Virus record (IMG/VR): IMGVR_UViG_3300049141_000098
Location: 96,001 to 160,000 of that record
Origin: a virus
Lineage: Duplodnaviria; Caudoviricetes
Length of the DNA stretch: 64,000 nt
Reading direction: 5' to 3' (one strand)
Below the pieces are notes generated by a model. That model did no database searches, had not been told where the DNA came from, and saw only the letters and a program-made list of their open reading frames with translations. Both the position numbers and the translations under genes were made by a program. Position 1 is the stretch's first letter. Each line of letters starts with the position of its first letter. Positions 19,229 to 27,093 of this stretch are shown one piece after another.

Positions 19229-20086
19229 CTATGTGGCCATCTTCTGCAACGGCGCGAAGGGCGAGACCGACAGGGCGACCATGTCCGGGGTGACCCGAGC
19301 TGGGAGTTCTGGAGCGTCCGGATCCGGGCAGAGGCGGGCCAGGTCAACGGCCTGCTTCAGGATGGTGCGCACTGATGTCTGCGGATCCAGTCGATGCCCC
19401 CGGTAGGTGACCAGCAAGGGACCCCGGTCCTTGTGGCTATCTGGCCCCTTCCAGGTGCGCAGCGGTACGTAGGCCTTCACCTGATCACGGATCTCATCAG
19501 GGAGGGCGTATCGCTGCAAGCCCCCGCCGCGCTGCCAGACAGTGGCAAGCATTCGCCCGCTCTGCTCGTAGGTCACGCCGTCCAGGTTGATCTCGCAGAC
19601 CTGCCGGGACCGCAAGCCGGACAGCAACAGGTAGACCAGCAGCCGGTCGCGCTCGGCGTAGTCGTCTTCGAGCTGATCGGCTCCCCAGCGGATGAGGTGT
19701 ACCTCCCCCTCGGTGAGGCGGGGAGGAGGGGTGCCGAGGTGGGCCTTGCCGCTCAGGCGGGGGTCGACTGGGTTGTGCAGGGCGTGCTTGAAGTGGACGG
19801 CGTAGGCGTAGAAGGAGCCGACGGCCGAGACTCGTAGCGCCCGCACCCGGGGTGCGCCGCCTCGCATGTCGAGCCAGGTCTTGATGTGGGACGGCTCCGC
19901 GCTCCAGGTTCCGATCTTCACCGTGTCCTCGATGAAGTCGATCCAGTCGGCCACATGTTCGGCGTACCGCTCCGGGCTGGTGCCTCGCAGGTGTCCACCG
20001 CGCCTGCCACGGCGGTCGCGAGGGGCGGGCGCGGTGGGGTTCTTCGGATCACCGATCCATTTCTTCAGCACAACGCGGGGATCCAT
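19229..20086 (-). CDS. tyrosine recombinase (Xer/Int)-like protein lacking C-terminal catalytic residues
   Basis: SAM-like N-domain (RVSAVGSFYAY..NPV), RDRLLVYLLLSGLR; box II reads VTPDMVALS instead of TPHxLRH and no Tyr follows. Confidence 0.75.
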   Translation of the reverse strand: MDPRVVLKKWIGDPKNPTAPAPRDRRGRRGGHLRGTSPERYAEHVADWIDFIEDTVKIGTWSAEPSHIKTWLDMRGGAPRVRALRVSAVGSFYAYAVHFKHALHNPVDPRLSGKAHLGTPPPRLTEGEVHLIRWGADQLEDDYAERDRLLVYLLLSGLRSRQVCEINLDGVTYEQSGRMLATVWQRGGGLQRYALPDEIRDQVKAYVPLRTWKGPDSHKDRGPLLVTYRGHRLDPQTSVRTILKQAVDLARLCPDPDAPELPARVTPDMVALSVSPFAPLQKMAT

Positions 20087-20314
20087 GCCGACATCTTGCC
20101 TTGAGTTGATTCATAACCGCACCAGGGTGTGCTTGAGATGGCACCGCAACCAGTCCGGACCGGATACCCTGGAGGCGCGCCCCGGTCCACTGCGGGTGCT
20201 CCAACCAGCGAGAGCGGTCTTCCGTCTCACTTGCGACCCCAGTTGGCGCTGGACATGGTCCGAGACGGAGGCCGCTTTCGTCTGCCCATAGCTTGCTGTA
20301 GGGGTGGGCTGAGG

Positions 20315-20797
20315 TCAGTGCCTACGGCCGGTTTCGGCACCAAGGGGTGCCACGTACAGGGGGCCACCCTGCCCGCCCGGCCGGTGGATCATGCCGTGGC
20401 GAATGAGATGGTCGACGACTTCCTTGTGGGTGGCCTTATCGCAGACGTAGGTCTCGGTGAAGGCGGTGCGCGGAGGGAACTGATCGCCCGGCTTGAGGCG
20501 CCCCAGATTGATGTGCAGCAGCACGTCGGCCAGCACCTCAGCGGTCGACCGGAGGTTCGCGCGATGCAGGGAGCCCTTGTGGACTCGCAGCACCCCCTCG
20601 GGCCGGTAGCGGGGAAGCTCGTCCTCCGTCAGCCCGAACTTCAGGGCTACCTCCGCCCGCTGTTCAGGCGTCGAGGTGGCCGCCAGCTCCTGCATGATGG
20701 CGCGCCTGATGTCGCCGAGTGCTTCCCGGTAGGCCCGGGAGAGGGCCGCGAGCTGAGTCACTTCGGTCAGGGTGTACGCCTTGGGGTTGGTGCTCAC
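20315..20797 (-). CDS. protein with C-terminal GntR-type winged HTH
   Basis: HINLGRLKPGDQFPPR..FTETY...VVDHLIRHGMI. Confidence 0.7.
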   Translation of the reverse strand: MSTNPKAYTLTEVTQLAALSRAYREALGDIRRAIMQELAATSTPEQRAEVALKFGLTEDELPRYRPEGVLRVHKGSLHRANLRSTAEVLADVLLHINLGRLKPGDQFPPRTAFTETYVCDKATHKEVVDHLIRHGMIHRPGGQGGPLYVAPLGAETGRRH

Positions 20798-21330
20798 CGG
20801 TTCTCCTCCGTCACTGCACGGCGAGGCCCCATCAGGCGGTCGCCGAGGGTGTCCGCGAAGGGGAAGGTTGGCGTCGGGACGACCGGGGGTCGTTTGGGCC
20901 GGATGCCGAGCACCAATCGGGCGGCATCGATCGCCTCGCGATCCGACTTGCCGTGCAGGATGAGCCGGACGCTCTCCTGGGAGAAGGTGTTCGCCAGAGT
21001 CATTCGCACAGGCCCGGCCAGTTTCCGCAGCGTCGGTGAATCCTGGTCGGCCTCTTCTGGGGAGCGGCACGCATCGGCTGCACGGCACAGCAGGATCACT
21101 TCGTTCGCTTCGTCTAGGTAGTTCCTGACGTACAACTTCCCCGGTTCTCCGTCAAGCTGGAAGAGCAGCTCGCAGCGGGTGAGCTTCTCCAGGGCGAAGC
21201 CGATGGTCGTGGCGGAGGCTTCGTATCCCCGGGCGAGGTCTTTGCGGTGGAGGAGCTGCTGTCCTGGGGTCAGCTTCCCCAGAACGATGGCGCTCGCCAG
21301 GTCCAGGGCGATGTCGTTCGCGGTGGCCAT
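20794..21330 (-). CDS. GntR-type winged HTH regulator
   Basis: IVLGKLTPGQQL...DLARGYEASATTIGFALEKL. Confidence 0.75.
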   Translation of the reverse strand: MATANDIALDLASAIVLGKLTPGQQLLHRKDLARGYEASATTIGFALEKLTRCELLFQLDGEPGKLYVRNYLDEANEVILLCRAADACRSPEEADQDSPTLRKLAGPVRMTLANTFSQESVRLILHGKSDREAIDAARLVLGIRPKRPPVVPTPTFPFADTLGDRLMGPRRAVTEENR

Positions 21331-21352
21331 TCCTTGGTCATCCGTTCTCCCG

Positions 21353-21961
21353 CTAGGGCAGGGTGCTCCATCCGCCGCAGGTGCGGCACGAGATCGATAC
21401 GGGGACGTCGGTCTTGTCTGCCTGGTCGAGGATGTGGCTGATCTCGTCTCGGGTGGCGATCTTGCCGACCCAGCCGTTTCTGCCGTCGACCACGGGGATC
21501 CGGGGGCAGGTGTCGCGGTGGACGCTCACGCGTTGAAGTTGGGTGCCGTCTGAGCGCATGGCGAGCTTGAGTGCCAGGACGTGATCACGGTCGGGCGAGG
21601 AGTCTCCGGGGCGCGCAGCCACCACCTTGAGGGGATCGGGATTCACCGTCAGCCGCCTGTCGCTCTCGTGCAGTCCTCGTTCGATCAGCCGGGATAGGTC
21701 GGCTCGTCGAGGTGCACAGTTGGTGGTCGCTTCGTCCGGCTCCTCGCATTCAGGGGCGCCGCTGGTCAGTCGTCGCACGGGGATGCCAAGAGCGACAGCG
21801 AGGCGGTCCAGCTCGGCCAGTGTCACGGCGGCGTGAGTACCGGTCTCGATGCGGATCACAGTCGGCAGTGAGAGTTCGGCGCGGTCGGCGAGCTGCCGCT
21901 GGTCGAGTCCGGCGCGTTCGCGTTCCGTCCGAAGCCGCTCCCCCACGGGTGCGAGATCCAT
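21353..21961 (-). CDS. XRE-family HTH regulator with C-terminal domain
   Basis: GERLRTERERAGLDQRQLADRAELSLPTVIRIETG. Confidence 0.85.
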   Translation of the reverse strand: MDLAPVGERLRTERERAGLDQRQLADRAELSLPTVIRIETGTHAAVTLAELDRLAVALGIPVRRLTSGAPECEEPDEATTNCAPRRADLSRLIERGLHESDRRLTVNPDPLKVVAARPGDSSPDRDHVLALKLAMRSDGTQLQRVSVHRDTCPRIPVVDGRNGWVGKIATRDEISHILDQADKTDVPVSISCRTCGGWSTLP

Positions 21962-21990
21962 CCAACTCCCCTTTCCGAACCTGGATTCAC

Positions 21991-22140
21991 CCTACTCGAC
22001 ATCGACTTTGTACAAAAGGAGCTGCCTCCACCAGGTGAGAGGTGGGGGTTGACGTCACACGGAAAGTGCGGGGCGGCGCCGCGCGCGACATCCCCTAGTG
22101 GGTGGTGGTCTCCTTTTGTGCAAAGTCGATGTCGAAGAGG
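21991..22140. repeat. 26-31 bp inverted repeat pair around an 88-bp spacer
   Basis: TCGACATCGACTTTGTACAAAAGGAG (21996-22021) and CTCCTTTTGTGCAAAGTCGATGTCGA (22110-22135), 25/26 match. Confidence 0.9.
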
Positions 22141-22265
22141 CTTTCATCAAGGCGCACTTCATTGACGTGACGTTCATGAGGGGCGATTGGGAGAACTGAC
22201 ATCCTTGGCGGAAACACCATCCAAGGAGTCCACTCCCCGCCCCGGCGCCGCCTAGCCTGCCGCGC

Positions 22266-22607
22266 GTGATCCACTTCCACGGCTACGCCTACACCGGCCA
22301 CGGCTACACCGACTCCGAGATCCACGCAGGCCGGGCCCCCTCCCGCTACCTGCCCATCGAAGTCGACTGCACCTCCGGCCCCGACCGGCACCTCGCCACC
22401 CTCAATGACGCCATGACCTGGCTGGAGGCGGAGCTGACCCGCCACGAGCCCCTCGACGCCGAAGCCTTCCCCGTAAAGGTGCGCCTGGAGTACTCCCGCA
22501 GCCGACTCCAGCAGAGCGCGGGCGCGATCGTCGTGTACGGCTACTGGTCACGGGCCGGACAGTACGTCGCACGCCGCATCCTCCCCTGCGCTCACTGCCC
22601 GAACTAG
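22266..22607 (+). CDS. hypothetical protein
   Basis: strong GC3 bias. Confidence 0.65.
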   Translation: MIHFHGYAYTGHGYTDSEIHAGRAPSRYLPIEVDCTSGPDRHLATLNDAMTWLEAELTRHEPLDAEAFPVKVRLEYSRSRLQQSAGAIVVYGYWSRAGQYVARRILPCAHCPN

Positions 22608-22993
22608 GCCTCCCGTCGGTCCTCCAGACGCGGCACCCCGGCTGCTTGGTGATCGGCCCGGTCAGCGGCGGCCAGCAGCATCATCGCCAGCCGCCGCGCA
22701 TCCGGTGTGTACATCGGCACGAAGTCCTCCCCGGGCGCCATCGACTCCGGCGTGGAGATGTACACCATGCCGTTCGCCGTTTCCTCGTTGTCGAGCGTGC
22801 GCACCACCCACACCAGATCCCGAGTGCCGTACGGCCGGGGCATTTCCCGCAGGTCCCACTCATGACCAGGCCACTCATGATCCGGACCGTTGATCCTCGT
22901 CGGCTTCGGAGACTCCCCCACCTGAGCCATCGCGGTCAGCCTGCGCAGCTCCCGGCGGATGTCCCCCAGCGTCACGTCGTCGTCCATGGGCAC
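22604..22993 (-). CDS. hypothetical protein
   Basis: strong GC3 bias; convergent with 22266-22607. Confidence 0.6.
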   Translation of the reverse strand: MPMDDDVTLGDIRRELRRLTAMAQVGESPKPTRINGPDHEWPGHEWDLREMPRPYGTRDLVWVVRTLDNEETANGMVYISTPESMAPGEDFVPMYTPDARRLAMMLLAAADRADHQAAGVPRLEDRREA

Positions 22994-23299
22994 AACATAG
23001 CCCGAGTGGCCTGAGCCACCGAAAGCCCGCCACAGCGAGAGGGTGCGACAGGCGGGCTGGCGCGCGTGTGCTTCGAGCCAGCCCCACCCGCCCCAGCCAC
23101 GCCTGCTGTCGCGTCCCCCTCCCCCGCCACGATGCTCGTGTCACCGTCCGGTTCCTCCTCGGTGTACACCCCGAGGACCGCAGCGCTTGCGCGAGGACCG
23201 CAGGGCTGCCCGTACGACGCCGCGCCTTCCGCTCCCTCCTGAAAGTGCACTAAGAGGAGCGCACGGTCTACAGCGCTCTGACCTGCGGAAACACACTCA

Positions 23300-23409
23300 C
23301 GGATCATGCAACCGGAGACGATTCATCATGCAATGCGGGACGGTTCATCATGCAATTGCAGACCGCTCATGATGCAACGAGAGACCGTTCAAGATGCAGC
23401 GAGAGACGC
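23300..23409 (+). repeat. five tandem 22-bp iterons (candidate plasmid origin B)
   Basis: ATGCA cores at 23306, 23328, 23350, 23372, 23394; consensus TTCATcATGCAAcgnGAGACnG. Confidence 0.85.
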
Positions 23410-23411
23410 TT

Positions 23412-23642
23412 CACTGTTACTGAGAGGAACAGTGTTGTGCGCTGAGATGCAGTTCACCGCGCCGTGGTCGAGTCACTCGGGGGGGCGGGCTTCGGCTGCC
23501 ACAAGAAGACGGTTCGGCGTGCGGGATGTGGTCGAGATTCGCCCAGGAGGGGGAGAAAACTGCACGACAGCGTGGGACTGTTGTTGTGAGGAACAGTGAT
23601 ATGCAATCATCCCCGCGTCCACTGTTCCCCAGGGGAAAGGTC
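23412..23642. promoter_or_regulatory. three CACTGTT-N9-AACAGTG dyad sites
   Basis: 23412-23434, 23576-23598, 23620-23642 (imperfect); spacer ends in GG in each. Confidence 0.75.
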
Positions 23643-23654
23643 CGGCTTGCTGAC

Positions 23655-24140
23655 ATGTCAGCAAACCCCGCTCCGAGGCGGCGCTTCGCCGACCCCGCGA
23701 CGGGTGAGGTCCACGAGTACGTCGATCTGGACGGCGACCGTCGCCCGCCTGCCTACAACTTTCCGGGAGGTTTCACCGCAGTAAGCAACAGAACCGGCCT
23801 GCAAATCCTGTCCAAGGAGAGCGGTCTGACGCCATCAGACCGGGACGTGCTCGCACTCCACGTGCACGGTCCGGAACGGCGAGGAGACGTGCTCCGCTGG
23901 CCTCGCGCGAAGATGTCCGATTTCCTCGGAATCAGCGCCCGCACCGTAGCGACCGCGATCAAGCGCCTGACCAAGGCCGGGTATCTGATCGAGGCTGAAA
24001 AGCACGGGCGTGTCATCTACTACAAGGTCAGCCCGCACCACGCCTCACGGGTAGGCGGTGAGCAGCAGCGGCAAGACGCGGCAGCGCACCGGATCCCCGT
24101 CGTTCCCGGCACTCCACAGAAGAAAGGTCGGACAGCATGA
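23655..24140 (+). CDS. RepL-like plasmid replication protein (winged HTH)
   Basis: DPATGEVH N-terminus; LTPSDRDVL...KMSDFLGISARTVATAIKRLTKAGYL...YYKVSPH; immediately downstream of the iterons. Confidence 0.7.
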   Translation: MSANPAPRRRFADPATGEVHEYVDLDGDRRPPAYNFPGGFTAVSNRTGLQILSKESGLTPSDRDVLALHVHGPERRGDVLRWPRAKMSDFLGISARTVATAIKRLTKAGYLIEAEKHGRVIYYKVSPHHASRVGGEQQRQDAAAHRIPVVPGTPQKKGRTA

Positions 24141-24463
24141 GCGCACCGCTTGTCTCGGAAGGCGTCGAGCCCAAGGTGCTGCGCAAGGCAATGGGGCTGC
24201 CGCATCCCCAGATGCGGATCGTCCTGTTCTACCTCACGACCGAGAAGGACCCGGACTTCAACGACGCCGTGGTCATGACGGGCGAGAGGATCGCCGAAGA
24301 GATCGGCATGAACCGGCCTCTTCTGTCCAGGACGATTCCGCGCCTTCTGGAGGCGGGCTGGCTTCAGGTCGCCTCCCGGCACGGCAACGTCCGCTACTAC
24401 GGGCTCGGTCCTGAGGCCGAGCCCAAGCCGAACAACGTGGTGCCGCTCCGGCGCACCGCGTGA
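24137..24463 (+). CDS. second MarR/RepL-like winged HTH protein
   Basis: MTGERIAEEIGMNRPLLSRTIPRLLEAGWL...YYGL; ATGA overlap. Confidence 0.75.
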   Translation: MSAPLVSEGVEPKVLRKAMGLPHPQMRIVLFYLTTEKDPDFNDAVVMTGERIAEEIGMNRPLLSRTIPRLLEAGWLQVASRHGNVRYYGLGPEAEPKPNNVVPLRRTA

Positions 24464-24470
24464 ACAACAC

Positions 24471-24506
24471 TGTGGGGCACGGCGTTGCATCTTGCTGTGC
24501 CCCACA
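24471..24506 (+). terminator. hairpin after the rep pair
   Basis: TGTGGGGCAC ... GTGCCCCACA. Confidence 0.55.
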
Positions 24507-24534
24507 GCAACAGCGTGGTGCAGTGCATCCCGGT

Positions 24535-24557
24535 CACTGTTCCTGAAGGGAACAGAA
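24535..24557. promoter_or_regulatory. fourth CACTGTT-N9-AACAG dyad site
   Basis: CACTGTT CCTGAAGGG AACAGAA. Confidence 0.65.
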
Positions 24558-24644
24558 TCGTGCAGATCCCGGATCGGCAGGCTAGTCAGGCACCCGGATG
24601 TTGAGCTGGAAGCTGCATGGGGTCCTGAGTCATCAATGCCTCCT

Positions 24645-25127
24645 TCAGTGCCCTGCGATCAGATGGTCGCGGCTGCCCGGGGCGCCGATCGCTTCTCGGT
24701 GAGCCAGGGCTTCGCGGAGCAGACGCCGCACGGTGTCCGGCATGTCCTCGGCGTACATCTCGGACAGCACGGCGATCTGGTTGTGCATCCGGGCGGGCGC
24801 AGTGGTGATCAGCCGTTCACCGATCCGGGGGCGGCCACCCTTCGGACGCTCGAAGTACCGCTGTACCGCTTCTGGATAGTTGTTCTCCTTCAGCCAGGCG
24901 TGTGCCTCCTGGTCTGACAGCAGGGTGTAGGTGCTGCGATCCGGATTGGCGACGACAAACCGATTAAGGACCCAGAAGCCATCGTCGGTCAGGTAGAGCT
25001 CCTCAGGGAGGGCGTAGCTGCCCTCGGGTTGCTCATTGCCTTCGAACTTCTCGGCATTGTCACTCTCGAACCATCCGCCGAACGTCGAGCCGTCGGAGCG
25101 GGTTCCGGTGTAGATGACGCGAGCCAT
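24645..25127 (-). CDS. paralogue 1 of a tandem family, with C-terminal RHH/CopG-like segment
   Basis: WFESDNAEKF...LYLTDDGFW...EAHAWLKENNY then KGGRPRIG...DTVRRLLREAL. Confidence 0.7.
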   Translation of the reverse strand: MARVIYTGTRSDGSTFGGWFESDNAEKFEGNEQPEGSYALPEELYLTDDGFWVLNRFVVANPDRSTYTLLSDQEAHAWLKENNYPEAVQRYFERPKGGRPRIGERLITTAPARMHNQIAVLSEMYAEDMPDTVRRLLREALAHREAIGAPGSRDHLIAGH

Positions 25128-25158
25128 CAGGGTCTCCTTGCCTTGATCGGAATTGTCG

Positions 25159-25467
25159 TCAGGTCAGCAGGCGGGACAGGGCCTCGACGTAGTCGTGCTG
25201 CTTGAGCCAGTCGCGTGCGTCAGCCCGACTGATTGAGGTGTACGTGCTGGTGTCTCCGACTTCTGACCCGTTGCGCGAGTTGAGGACCACCGTGTTCTTG
25301 ATCCACGTACCATCGTCGGTCCTGTACAGATCTTCCTTCGCGGTTCTGGAGCTGCCGTCAGGCAGCGGGCAGAACGAGCCCTTGAATCGATCTGCGGCGT
25401 CGGTCTCAAACACCTCGGAGTGCAGTGAACCGTCTGATGCGACGGCGAGGTAGGCGACGATGGCCAT
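25159..25467 (-). CDS. paralogue 2 of the tandem family
   Basis: VFETDAADRF...LYRTDDGTW...DARDWLKQHDY. Confidence 0.7.
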   Translation of the reverse strand: MAIVAYLAVASDGSLHSEVFETDAADRFKGSFCPLPDGSSRTAKEDLYRTDDGTWIKNTVVLNSRNGSEVGDTSTYTSISRADARDWLKQHDYVEALSRLLT

Positions 25468-25504
25468 GCTGATTTCTCCCTGGATTTCGGAGTCGGGGAC
25501 GACG

Positions 25505-25787
25505 TCAGGTGAAGTAGCGCTTGACTGCGACGGTGTAGCCGTTGTCCTCCAGCCAGGTGCGAGCGGCGTCGGGATCGACCTGCCTGCCCAGGAACCCCGG
25601 CGATCCGATCTCGGCCGTACCGATGACCCACTGGCCATCGTTCGTCAGGAAGAGGTAGAGGTCGCACATGACGCCCTTGGCCCTGACTTCGGTGGAGTCG
25701 CACACGAACTTCTCGGCAGTCTCCGTGTCGAAGAGCCCGTCAGGTCCGCTGAGGTCGAGCGGGCGGATAGTAGGCGACGAGATTCAT
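25505..25787 (-). pseudogene. paralogue 3 of the tandem family, apparent frameshift near codon 7
   Basis: MNLVAY in one frame continues as IRPLDLSGPDGLFDTETAEKF...LFLTNDGQW...AARTWLEDNGY in another frame (extra base near 25768). Confidence 0.6.
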
Positions 25788-25803
25788 CACCGTATGCCCC
25801 CTT

Positions 25804-25856
25804 GGGTTTACGTTACTTAAACCAAGCATGTCACAAGGTTTGAGTGATGTAAACCC
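25804..25856. promoter_or_regulatory. AT-rich 20-bp inverted repeat in a divergent promoter region
   Basis: GGGTTTACGTTACTTAAACC / GGTTTGAGTGATGTAAACCC (17/20; all mismatches are G.T). Confidence 0.65.
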
Positions 25857-25960
25857 TCCCCGTAGTGAAGAGGCTGTCGATCAGGTGGAGTTGGCGGCAC
25901 TCAAGGCGACGCGACGAAACTTGCTGTATAACGGAAGCGGTATAAGATAACGTTGACGTT

Positions 25961-26230
25961 ATGAGGATGCTACGCAAGGCCAGCCAGACAGGGGTCGGAG
26001 ACCCCGAACGAGACCTGTCCTATGAGATCGCTGAGCAGGTCTTCGATCTGCGTGCCGAGCAGGGACTGACTCAAGGCCAGCTCGCCGAACGGGTCGGCAC
26101 CAAGCAACCCGCCATCTCTGGAGTGGAAAGCGCCGTCAAGCTGCCCACCCTGGGCCTGCTCTTGCGTATCGCGGCAGCGCTGGACCGGCGCCTCGTCGTG
26201 CGTTTCGAACCTCGGAAAGGTGAAGAATGA
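25961..26230 (+). CDS. XRE-family HTH protein (HigA-like)
   Basis: LRAEQGLTQGQLAERVGTKQPAISGVES...PTLGLLLRIAAALD. Confidence 0.85.
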   Translation: MRMLRKASQTGVGDPERDLSYEIAEQVFDLRAEQGLTQGQLAERVGTKQPAISGVESAVKLPTLGLLLRIAAALDRRLVVRFEPRKGEE

Positions 26231-26763
26231 ACCGTCGAGCACGCTTCGTGCACCTGATCCACGAACGGGCCAGCGGCCTTGTTCACCGAGCAGACCGGAT
26301 CTTCATTGCGGTGGTGCTGCTGTCCGGAGTACCCGCCTTTGTCCCTGCGACCCGACTCAGTACCTCGATCGGACTCGCACTCTCCCTATTGGTGATCGCG
26401 ACCCTTCTCTTCAAGAGACAGCACGGTGCCAGGCTGTGTGAGCAGTGCGTCACCGAGTTCACGATCAACGCCCCCGAGCACGCCGCACAGCATCGGCGGC
26501 GCTTTCGCCTCTTCCATACGGTGACCCCGTTCTACCTGATGCTGCTTCCCGTTGCGGTCGCGCCCCTCTTGGAGGCCCCCTGGAGTGGTGTCGCCTATCT
26601 GCCTGTCGTCGTCGGTCAGGTACTTCTCGCGCTGGTGACGCGTTTCCATGGGGCCTATCAGCCCTGGTGCCCCTACTGCCGACGAGACGACGGCGGTGGC
26701 GACGAGACGGAGCCCGCTCCGGACCCCAGCGGTGGTCACGGCCGACCGCTGCCGGTGACGTGA
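26227..26763 (+). CDS. membrane protein with Cys/His motifs
   Basis: four hydrophobic segments; H...LCEQC and H...PWCPYCR. Confidence 0.7.
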   Translation: MNRRARFVHLIHERASGLVHRADRIFIAVVLLSGVPAFVPATRLSTSIGLALSLLVIATLLFKRQHGARLCEQCVTEFTINAPEHAAQHRRRFRLFHTVTPFYLMLLPVAVAPLLEAPWSGVAYLPVVVGQVLLALVTRFHGAYQPWCPYCRRDDGGGDETEPAPDPSGGHGRPLPVT

Positions 26764-27093
26764 GCCGAGGCCGTTCCCGCGTTATGCAGCGCCCGAGCAC
26801 TTCGCTCGGGTGCTGCACTATTCTCGCTGAAAACTGTTGCCAGATCACAGAGTTCATCTGCTACGGTGGAACCACCGCACCAGCTCGGTGCCCACGCCCG
26901 GTTCAGCCGGGATCGGTCGAGAGCTGAGGCAGGCCCACCGGACCCAGACCTTCACAGCCGCCATCACGCCCCGTTCAGCGGGGAAGATCGCAAGGGGCTA
27001 CAGGTCAGGCCATCCAGGTGGGAGACCTGACCACTCCTGATCTGCTCGGCCGTATCAACGCATACCGCCCGGCAGAAGAAACGGCATCCAACG

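Noticed and set aside
19229-20086. Functional integrase with an att site in the tRNA array
   Set aside because: Catalytic HxxR and Tyr are absent and no duplicated tRNA 3' end was seen
22006-22021. Resemblance to lambda/Gateway attB core (TTTGTACAAAA), possible vector contamination
   Set aside because: Match is short, flanks differ, and the sequence has a native inverted partner 88 bp away
23300-23409. CRISPR array
   Set aside because: The 22-bp units are contiguous with no unique spacers and no cas genes; iteron reading fits better
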